Origin: a virus
DNA: 42,374 bases
IMG/VR virus record: IMGVR_UViG_3300045988_090786
Reading direction: 5' to 3' (one strand)
The notes beneath the pieces are model-generated. The model saw only the letters and a program-made list of their open reading frames with translations. It was not told where the DNA came from and ran no database searches. Shown piece after piece: positions 36,380 through 42,374 of the stretch (its first letter is position 1; each line of letters opens with the position of its first letter). Made by a program: the position numbers and the translations under genes.

Positions 36380-37646
36380 AAGCAGACAGCCTCCAGCTTT
36401 TAATCATAGTTTTTACACAATAACGCATGGCATCGCATGCATGATCAGATTGTTTTACAGGCTTTTCCTGCCCGTGAGTTAATGCGGCTTTTTCGTCCCA
36501 GACGTAAGACGCCAATTCATCCCGCGTATTTTGACACCGCTCATGTATATGCAGGTGTAGTGTCCGAAACAGCATGGCGACCATACGGATTCCGTCATTG
36601 ACGTCATTATCCGCGTCCTTAACACGATACCCCGCCTGTCGCAGTAGCACCTTGAAGCTGGCGGCGGACGGGTCAATAATCACATAATCGGGATCTTCGT
36701 CGCCGACAAATTGCTTAAAGTCTTCCAGATACTCGGCATCGGATTTCTGCCGCCCCTCTTTGCGGGAATTGTAATAATATTCTTTGTCTAACCAGAGGTC
36801 GGTGCCATCATCGTAAATATCTAAAAAGACCATGGGATTAATCGTCCCATAGTCTATAGAGATATATCTCCGGCTCCGACCGCGCAACTGCTCCGGCCGC
36901 GTATTGTCATTATACAGATTCGCATCGGTAAACATGTCATATATAACGCCCTCGGCAATAACCCACAGCCCAAGAATCATCCGCTTGTACCAGATCCCCT
37001 GATACAATCTGCGATAACGCTCTTTAACCTCTTCGGTAAGTGATAAGTTATCATCAAGCGTAAAGTGCAAGTGTAGGATTCGTTTTTCTTCAGCTTTATC
37101 AATGTAATCCGTTTTAATGTAATGGTACGGTGATTCCGGATTACAGTTCATCCAGATTTTAGAATTTTTAACAGAGCAGCGGCCAATCATCTGTTCAACG
37201 AACGACCGTGGAAACAATGCAGCTTCATCAGCCAGCGCTCCGGCGGCAGTCAACCCTTGAATCACATCCTGACTGGCTTCATTGCTTGCACCGAAACAGT
37301 AATATGTATTACTGCCGATCGTTATATAATTCTCTGATCGATTATATGTATACGGCACCTGCATAGAGTGCAGGATCTGAAACATCGGCCGAAGCAGATT
37401 ACGTTTTAATGCGCCGGACGACCGCCCCGCCACGATAAACGCCTGCCCCTCAAACTGACTGAGTGACCAAAGCAGAAACGCATTCACCATAGCAATTGTC
37501 TTTCCGGAACGAATAGACCCGTCAGCGATAACCAAATCATAATCAGCATATGGCGAATTTCCCTGCATCCACCATGAGAGAAGTTGTTTTTGCTTTCGGG
37601 AAAACGGCAGAAATTGAAACGATGCACCCCTATCAATCACCGCCAT
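36363..37646 (-). CDS. terL: Terminase large subunit
   Basis: Walker A DGSIRSGKT; C-terminal nuclease-like region; GGAGGTG SD before ATG 37646; overlaps the TerS end. Confidence 0.9.
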   Translation of the reverse strand: MAVIDRGASFQFLPFSRKQKQLLSWWMQGNSPYADYDLVIADGSIRSGKTIAMVNAFLLWSLSQFEGQAFIVAGRSSGALKRNLLRPMFQILHSMQVPYTYNRSENYITIGSNTYYCFGASNEASQDVIQGLTAAGALADEAALFPRSFVEQMIGRCSVKNSKIWMNCNPESPYHYIKTDYIDKAEEKRILHLHFTLDDNLSLTEEVKERYRRLYQGIWYKRMILGLWVIAEGVIYDMFTDANLYNDNTRPEQLRGRSRRYISIDYGTINPMVFLDIYDDGTDLWLDKEYYYNSRKEGRQKSDAEYLEDFKQFVGDEDPDYVIIDPSAASFKVLLRQAGYRVKDADNDVNDGIRMVAMLFRTLHLHIHERCQNTRDELASYVWDEKAALTHGQEKPVKQSDHACDAMRYCVKTMIKSWRLSAYEEEK

Positions 37647-38319
37647 TATTCCACACCTCCGACGTTCCAGCCTGTAACGCATTTATATAGCCCGCCAGAT
37701 CGGGCTTGCCATCTGCAGACCCCAGACGTTTAATATTCTGTATTTCTGCCCGCATCTTATCAATGCGAGTAATACGTTCCTCATTCTCCGGAGATTCCGG
37801 AAGCATATCCTCATATATTCTTAGCATATGTGATAGTGTAGCCATTGCTCTGGCTTGTGTATTCAAAAACGACTGCCATTTATCAAAGACCAATACTTTC
37901 TCGGTATGCGTTGATACGGTCACTACCCGCTTACCGGTCGTATCCGTACTTACAGTTTTATCCGTAGTAGTGACTTCCGTATCGCCTTGTCGGATAAATT
38001 CAATCATCGCCTGCCACGACGTCATGATCGCGACGAATTTCAAGCTGATCAACATCCACTGTATATCAAGCGGAGATACTCCCCGGAGTTCAGCTGCGGC
38101 CTTGAGTGTTTCCGGCGTAAGATACCGGCTGTATAAGTTATGCCGCAGACCGCGTGCGCTTATTACCGATTTCTTATTCGAATTACTGCGCCATTTCCGA
38201 AACCAACCGTAGACGGTATTTTTATTTAACCCATATTTGCTGGCAATTTTGGCGGCAGCGACACCGCGCTTGAAATCGTTGTAAGCAGCATTATATATCT
38301 CCTCATTCCGCCGCGGCAT
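37633..38319 (-). CDS. terS: Terminase small subunit (HTH N-terminus)
   Basis: YGLNKNTVYGWFRKW HTH near the N-terminus; GGAGGTGAGGTG SD before ATG 38319; immediately upstream of TerL. Confidence 0.75.
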   Translation of the reverse strand: MPRRNEEIYNAAYNDFKRGVAAAKIASKYGLNKNTVYGWFRKWRSNSNKKSVISARGLRHNLYSRYLTPETLKAAAELRGVSPLDIQWMLISLKFVAIMTSWQAMIEFIRQGDTEVTTTDKTVSTDTTGKRVVTVSTHTEKVLVFDKWQSFLNTQARAMATLSHMLRIYEDMLPESPENEERITRIDKMRAEIQNIKRLGSADGKPDLAGYINALQAGTSEVWNNGGD

Positions 38320-38336
38320 CACCTCACCTCCGCATA

Positions 38337-38363
38337 GAAAAAGCACCCCGATCGAGGGTGCTT
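38337..38363 (-). terminator. Terminator-like hairpin immediately 5' of terS
   Basis: Minus strand AAGCACCC-UCGAUCG-GGGUGCUU followed by UUUCUAUGCG, then the terS SD. Confidence 0.45.
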
Positions 38364-38472
38364 AATGTAATATAAATTATTGCATTTTCATTCCAATCCT
38401 AAGGATATTGAATTCATCTTTTTTCTTCGGGATCACGTAAGGATTGTTGCTTGATAAAGAAGCGATACTTTT

Positions 38473-39078
38473 TTATCCCCTTTTCCGTTTTTGAATTTCA
38501 GATTCCAGCACTTTGGATAGTGAATTACGGTACTGCTTCGCACCTTCTGCAGTATACCCATCACCAAGTGATCTCGGACTTCCTTTCTCAATAGCGACAC
38601 CGGCTTTTATATATTCATTGAAGATTTTTTCTAAATTCGGATTTTTTGCCAACTTCATAAAATCTTCCCACGGCTGATCATCATCAATATAGCAGCGCTC
38701 CTGCATTTCTCTTGAAGTAATAGCAGCGTTTGCTTTTGAAATATCTTCGCCGAGCATTTCAGATATCGCATTTTTTGCAATATTTCTGCACTCGTTTTTC
38801 TGTTGTGCAGTCTTTCCCGCGTCAGCAATATCGGCAAATAAATCGGAACCCAATCCAGCCTCGTTCAACACTTTGCTTTCTTTAGAACGCATACCAAGAC
38901 TGACATTTTCACCAGCCTTTTTACCGGATTTTGCAGCTCCGTTCAGATGACTGCCATTTGATGTAAATTTACCATCATCACTACGCGGATGCTTGCTCTC
39001 CTCGAAATTAGCGTCAATAGATTTTACTATGCTATCCAGTACCATACGTTTCATAACAGTAACCATCCTTTCAGTCAT
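38473..39078 (-). CDS. Hypothetical protein carrying an EESKHPRSDDGKF motif (shared with the portal C-terminus); exact start uncertain (39078/39066/39054)
   Basis: ANFEESKHPRSDDGKFTSNGSHLN near the N-terminus; rest Lys/Ala/Glu-rich with no recognised domain. Confidence 0.5.
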   Translation of the reverse strand: MTERMVTVMKRMVLDSIVKSIDANFEESKHPRSDDGKFTSNGSHLNGAAKSGKKAGENVSLGMRSKESKVLNEAGLGSDLFADIADAGKTAQQKNECRNIAKNAISEMLGEDISKANAAITSREMQERCYIDDDQPWEDFMKLAKNPNLEKIFNEYIKAGVAIEKGSPRSLGDGYTAEGAKQYRNSLSKVLESEIQKRKRG

Positions 39079-39096
39079 AATATTAACTCTGTATTT

Positions 39097-40500
39097 TCAG
39101 GTTTGCAAATCCATATAATTAATTACATCCCCGCCGCGATGCAGCTTCACATCAGCAGCAGTGCCTACCTGTTTAATGTATCTTTTAACGATCACATCAC
39201 AGTACACCGGATCGAGTTCAACCGCCCGGCACTTCCGCCCCGTTTGCTGACAAGCAATCAATGTACTGCCGGAACCGCAGAACGGTTCTAATACGATTTC
39301 ACCCTTACGGCTTGAATTTAATATACCTCGCGTACAGAGCGCGATCGGTTTCATTGTCGGGTGATCTTCCGACCGCGTCGGTTTCGGTATCCGCCAGATT
39401 GTAGTATCAGCGTCAGTGCCGGAATCAACCACATCATAACTTGGTACTTTAATATTTATATCCTGCATATCTGTTCTAAAATTTAGCACATAACCATCAT
39501 CCGTTTCCGTAATAGACAGCGGCAGATGTTCATCAATCACAGTAGATTTATTTCGCCCACCGTAAAATTTATGCGAACCATCCGGCTTCCATCCGTACAA
39601 TATCGGTTCGTGCTGCCATTGATAATCCTGACGACCTAAAACTATTGTATTCTTTACCCAGATTAAGCACTGCTTTAACAGCAAGCCTGAATCCCTAACC
39701 GCTCGCCGGAAAATATCACCGGAGCTATCCGCATGACAGATGTAATACGCCCCGCCATTTTTGAGCACTGCCGCCATCGCAACGAATGCCTCTGATAAAA
39801 ACAGCCGGAATTCATCTTCATCCATCTTATCATTCTGTATGGTGAGGTGATCTTTAGTCTTGCCGACATATTCCACATTGTACGGCGGATCGGTAAATAC
39901 CATATCCGCCAGCTGCCCATCCATAACGGTTTTAACATCATCCGGATTAGTAGAATCCCCGCATATCAATCGATGGTCGCCCAATTCCCAGATGTCGCCC
40001 GGCTGCGTCACCGGTTCTTTAATATCTGCAGCTTCCGCTTCGGCATCAAAATCATCCTCACCGACGCCCGCACCGGCAGCCGCCGATTCCGCCTCACCGA
40101 TAAGCCGGTCAATATCACTGTCAGAGTAGCCGGTGACGTCCGCAAAATCGCCTGTATCCGCCAATAACTGTCCAAGCAGGTCATTATCAATATTCGATAA
40201 TTCCGCAATACGATTATCCGCAACCAAATCTGCATATTCCGCCGCTTCCGATTCATATTCCTGCACATCCACAGGCACCTCTGTCAGCCCTAAAGATAAT
40301 GCAGCCAGCAAACGGCCATGACCACGGACAACGAACCCGGAACGCTTAGAAATAGTAATCGGAGCACGCCAGCCCTGCGTCTGTATGATTTTTGCTAACA
40401 GAGCAATCTGCTTATCGCTGTGCCGATTCGGATTTCGCGGATTCGGAATTAACGTCTCAGGATCGCGCATGTCTACATACGCACAATAAACCGGTATCAT
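39097..40500 (-). CDS. ParB-like nuclease domain fused to a DNA methyltransferase (beta-class N6A/N4C, motif IV DPPY before motif I)
   Basis: N-terminal ParB/Srx-like LIPNPRNPNRHSD...VVRGHGRLLAA; motif IV FTDPPYN; motif I LEPFCGSGST near the C-terminus. Confidence 0.85.
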   Translation of the reverse strand: MIPVYCAYVDMRDPETLIPNPRNPNRHSDKQIALLAKIIQTQGWRAPITISKRSGFVVRGHGRLLAALSLGLTEVPVDVQEYESEAAEYADLVADNRIAELSNIDNDLLGQLLADTGDFADVTGYSDSDIDRLIGEAESAAAGAGVGEDDFDAEAEAADIKEPVTQPGDIWELGDHRLICGDSTNPDDVKTVMDGQLADMVFTDPPYNVEYVGKTKDHLTIQNDKMDEDEFRLFLSEAFVAMAAVLKNGGAYYICHADSSGDIFRRAVRDSGLLLKQCLIWVKNTIVLGRQDYQWQHEPILYGWKPDGSHKFYGGRNKSTVIDEHLPLSITETDDGYVLNFRTDMQDINIKVPSYDVVDSGTDADTTIWRIPKPTRSEDHPTMKPIALCTRGILNSSRKGEIVLEPFCGSGSTLIACQQTGRKCRAVELDPVYCDVIVKRYIKQVGTAADVKLHRGGDVINYMDLQT

Positions 40501-40521
40501 AACTTACCTCACGCACAATGT

Positions 40522-40556
40522 AAAAAGCGCACCGTGGGAAGGTCAGTGCGCTTTTT
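40522..40556. terminator. Bidirectional intrinsic terminator between the late-regulator gene and the ParB-methyltransferase
   Basis: AAAAAGCGCAC-12-nt loop-GTGCGCTTTTT: 7-bp GC-rich stem flanked by an A-run and a T-run. Confidence 0.65.
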
Positions 40557-40580
40557 ACTTAATTAAGGAGGAGATGAATC

Positions 40581-40769
40581 ATGGAAACATTCAGGAGTAT
40601 TATTTCTTCATCTTCACGCTACCATAATATCACATTTCGATGTACTTTTTTGTACTTTTTTGTACTAAACTCATTTAAAACTGTAAAAGTTCCGGCGGAA
40701 CAACACGGGATAAATGCACCAGAGAATCATCTTTACGCTTGTTCAGCGGCGTCCTTGCATAATTCATAG
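40581..40769 (+). CDS. Possible small plus-strand ORF (62 aa) with strong AAGGAGGAG SD, antisense to the 3' end of the late-regulator gene
   Basis: AAGGAGGAGATGAATCATG context (SD 7 nt before ATG 40581); hydrophobic segment CTFLYFFVLNSF; contains the TGTACTTTTT repeats. Confidence 0.25.
   Translation: METFRSIISSSSRYHNITFRCTFLYFFVLNSFKTVKVPAEQHGINAPENHLYACSAASLHNS
40624..40666 (-). promoter_or_regulatory. Candidate activator-dependent late promoter: 2.5 tandem AAAAAGTACA repeats replacing the -35, then extended -10 TGaTATTAT
   Basis: Plus-strand TGTACTTTTT x2 plus TGTACT (40641-40666); minus-strand TGATATTAT at 40632..40624; located just downstream of the sigma-like regulator gene. Confidence 0.35.
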
Positions 40770-41106
40770 CCCGCATAATCTCATCCCATGACTGATCTAA
40801 GATATACCAGCGGAGCAATACCGAATACGACACATTATCCGTTTCATAGGCAATGATATCCAGCGCCCGCGCCCGATATCGCAATGATTCCGCTATCCTT
40901 TCCTGTACCAGTTGTTCATAATGTTCAATACTGATAAACAGATCAGACGTATCTTTCTGATTAGAAGACTGCACCCGCTCGGTTAAAGCCGGGGATGATA
41001 TTAATTCAGCGTCCGCCCGGCACTGCTTTAACTCATCTTCCAGCGCAGATAAACGATACCGCTGCCCGCGGACACGTTCCAAAAAACTACATACAGTCAT
41101 AATCAA
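40675..41106 (-). CDS. Late-gene transcriptional regulator, sigma-70 region-4-like HTH (ArpU/RinA-like position)
   Basis: C-terminal VLLRWYILDQSWDEIMRAMNYARTPLNKRKDDSLVHLS resembles sigma region 4 / ECF-like HTH; last gene before the packaging module. Confidence 0.45.
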   Translation of the reverse strand: MIMTVCSFLERVRGQRYRLSALEDELKQCRADAELISSPALTERVQSSNQKDTSDLFISIEHYEQLVQERIAESLRYRARALDIIAYETDNVSYSVLLRWYILDQSWDEIMRAMNYARTPLNKRKDDSLVHLSRVVPPELLQF

Positions 41107-41570
41107 TCTCCCTTTGGATGCATAAAAACAAGAAATATACCACGTCCGCGACGAAACCCAAATAACGGTTTAATGGGTAGGATTCGGAGTACATCCGCTG
41201 TACTAATCTGCCCATCGCTCCATTTCATGCATAGGACGCCGTCAGGTTTCAATACTCGCATACATTCCACAAACCCCGCTTTTATTAAATGTTCCCAATT
41301 TTCAGGAAGAATTCCATATTTTAATACTAACCATGACCGCTTCCCCGCATGCTTCAAGTGTGGCGGGTCGAAAACAACTAAACTGAAAGTATTATCGTTA
41401 TAAGGAATATTCCGGAAGTCACCATGAATATCCGGCTTAATCTCTATACGCCTACCATCCGGCATATCTTCAGAAATCTCTCGGCTATCCATAAAAACCA
41501 CATCAGGATTATGCTTATCAAACCAAAACATCCGACTACCACAACAGACATCTAATATTCTTTGTCGCAT
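41103..41570 (-). CDS. Small SAM-dependent methyltransferase (putative DNA N6A/N4C or RNA MTase; motif I then DPPH)
   Basis: Motif I ILDVCCGSRM and motif IV VVFDPPH; GAGGGGG SD before ATG 41570. The longer 260-aa ORF would overlap the upstream gene by 300 nt. Confidence 0.55.
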   Translation of the reverse strand: MRQRILDVCCGSRMFWFDKHNPDVVFMDSREISEDMPDGRRIEIKPDIHGDFRNIPYNDNTFSLVVFDPPHLKHAGKRSWLVLKYGILPENWEHLIKAGFVECMRVLKPDGVLCMKWSDGQISTADVLRILPIKPLFGFRRGRGIFLVFMHPKGD

Positions 41571-41577
41571 ATTTCTA

Positions 41578-42018
41578 TTACCCCCTCGGATTGATTTTCT
41601 TTCCGGCGGCCGCCTGCTTGAGCCACTCATTAAACTGCAAACATTTAGCCATATCCCGTTCATACGGCTCGCCCGGTTTCTTCCCTGCACGGCAGAAATA
41701 TTTAAACATATTTCCTTTGAGCCAGCCGCGAAATTCTTCCGACGTGAGAATATCCTGCAACATTTCCACAGGCTGCAGCCTTGCGCCGTCAATCTGATAA
41801 TGCTTGGCGGTAGCCGCTGAACCGTCGGAAGATTCGTCACAGGATTGATTATTATTGGACTGGGTTTTCTGCTTTGATAGTTCACAGTCTATACCTGCTG
41901 CCATTTTCCGCAAATACCGGAGTAGCACAAACGCACTAATTCTCTCATCGTAAGTATCATGATACTCAATATATTTAATCAAAGCGTCTAACCGATTTAA
42001 TACTATTTGCATATCCAT
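41578..42018 (-). CDS. DUF3310-like phage protein
   Basis: AKHYQIDGARLQPVEMLQD...FRGWLKGNMFKYFCRAGKKPGEPYERDMAKCLQFNEWL matches the DUF3310 HY...GN.FKY..R...K...D..KA..Y pattern; CAGGAGG SD. Confidence 0.5.
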   Translation of the reverse strand: MDMQIVLNRLDALIKYIEYHDTYDERISAFVLLRYLRKMAAGIDCELSKQKTQSNNNQSCDESSDGSAATAKHYQIDGARLQPVEMLQDILTSEEFRGWLKGNMFKYFCRAGKKPGEPYERDMAKCLQFNEWLKQAAAGKKINPRG

Positions 42019-42374
42019 TATTCCGCCTCCTGGTCTAAAATCTGCATTTCAGCCAAGTCTGCCGCGACTTTATATATTTTTGCATGTTTAGTGTTCGTAC
42101 CATGTGTTTCTTCGACCTTTTCTCTAAATTCTTCTATTGTCCCACTAAAACACCCGCATTTAACAGATATACCGCCGTCTTTATCCTTAAAAAACGTTGT
42201 GAAATCGGAGCGGCTGCCAATTCTGCCAATAAGCATACAATCTGCATTACCAGCCACCCATGCATCACCAGCCACCCATGCATTACCAGCCACCCATGCA
42301 TTACCAGTCACCCTTGCATTACCAGACACCCATGCATTACCAGTCACCTCTGCATTACCAGTCACCTCTGCATT
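42018..42374 (-). CDS. Hexapeptide-repeat protein, C-terminal part (continues from 1..256 across the circular junction); Cys-containing C-terminal domain
   Basis: Frame open at the window end; NAEVTG NAWVSG NARVTG NAWVAG NAWVAG DAWVAG units, then CMLIGRIGSRSDFTTFFKDKDGGISVKCGCFSGTIEEFREKVEETHG; TAATG overlap with the DUF3310 gene start. Confidence 0.7.
   Translation of the reverse strand, partial: NAEVTGNAEVTGNAWVSGNARVTGNAWVAGNAWVAGDAWVAGNADCMLIGRIGSRSDFTTFFKDKDGGISVKCGCFSGTIEEFREKVEETHGTNTKHAKIYKVAADLAEMQILDQEAE
42320..42374. repeat. 55-bp terminal direct repeat, identical to 1..55
   Basis: See the feature at 1..55. Confidence 0.9.

Noticed and set aside
41103-41885. Full 260-aa ORF for the small methyltransferase
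   Set aside because: The N-terminal 105 codons overlap the DUF3310 gene by about 300 nt in another frame and are Arg/Ser-rich nonsense. The internal ATG at 41570 has a GAGGGGG SD and starts right at MTase motif I.
1-42374. tRNA, rRNA or CRISPR arrays
   Set aside because: No cloverleaf-like conserved segments (GTTC...A motif with acceptor stems) or spaced direct repeats were seen. The window is densely protein-coding apart from the ori, switch, attP and late-entry regions.

Overview
The window looks like a complete temperate phage genome rather than a chromosomal fragment. It appears to be a PBSX-like myovirus of a Gram-positive (Bacillota) host, judged from strong GGAGG ribosome-binding sites, an ImmR/ImmA switch and an amidase endolysin. 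The first 55 nt (1..55) are identical to the last 55 nt (42320..42374). That is the signature of a circular contig written with a k-mer overlap, so the real length is about 42,319 bp, and one gene spans the junction in frame. Nearly all genes are on the minus strand as one long leftward unit; a short rightward lysogeny operon lies on the plus strand. The leftward unit, in order of decreasing coordinate from the switch at about 9,600: Cro-like, HTH, LysM membrane protein, secreted 3D-domain protein; recombination and replication genes (DUF1351-like, Sak4-like ATPase, SSB, SF2 helicase, VRR-NUC, prim-pol/SF3 helicase) followed by an iteron-type origin; two small unknown genes; the junction-spanning hexapeptide-repeat protein; DUF3310; a small methyltransferase; and a sigma-region-4-like late regulator. 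After a terminator with direct repeats come ParB-methyltransferase, a KHPR-motif protein, TerS, TerL, portal with a C-terminal extension, MuF, scaffold/protease, decoration-like protein and capsid; four head-tail proteins, sheath, tube, a chaperone with a -1 frameshift, tape measure, a P2/PBSX-type baseplate (gpV, gpW, gpJ, gpI) and tail fibre; holin-like proteins and amidase; and a collagen-like fibre protein plus membrane morons, closed by a strong terminator. The plus-strand lysogeny operon is XRE repressor, ImmA protease, a low-GC transmembrane Mrr-cat nuclease, and tyrosine integrase, followed by an AT-rich attP-like region with repeated TGGAAGCCA motifs. The main candidates for something new are the transmembrane Mrr-cat nuclease moron in the lysogeny operon, the shared EESKHPRSDDGKF motif, the junction-spanning hexapeptide protein, and the promoter-terminator architecture ahead of the late genes. 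All calls come from reading the sequence and motifs; no database search was possible.
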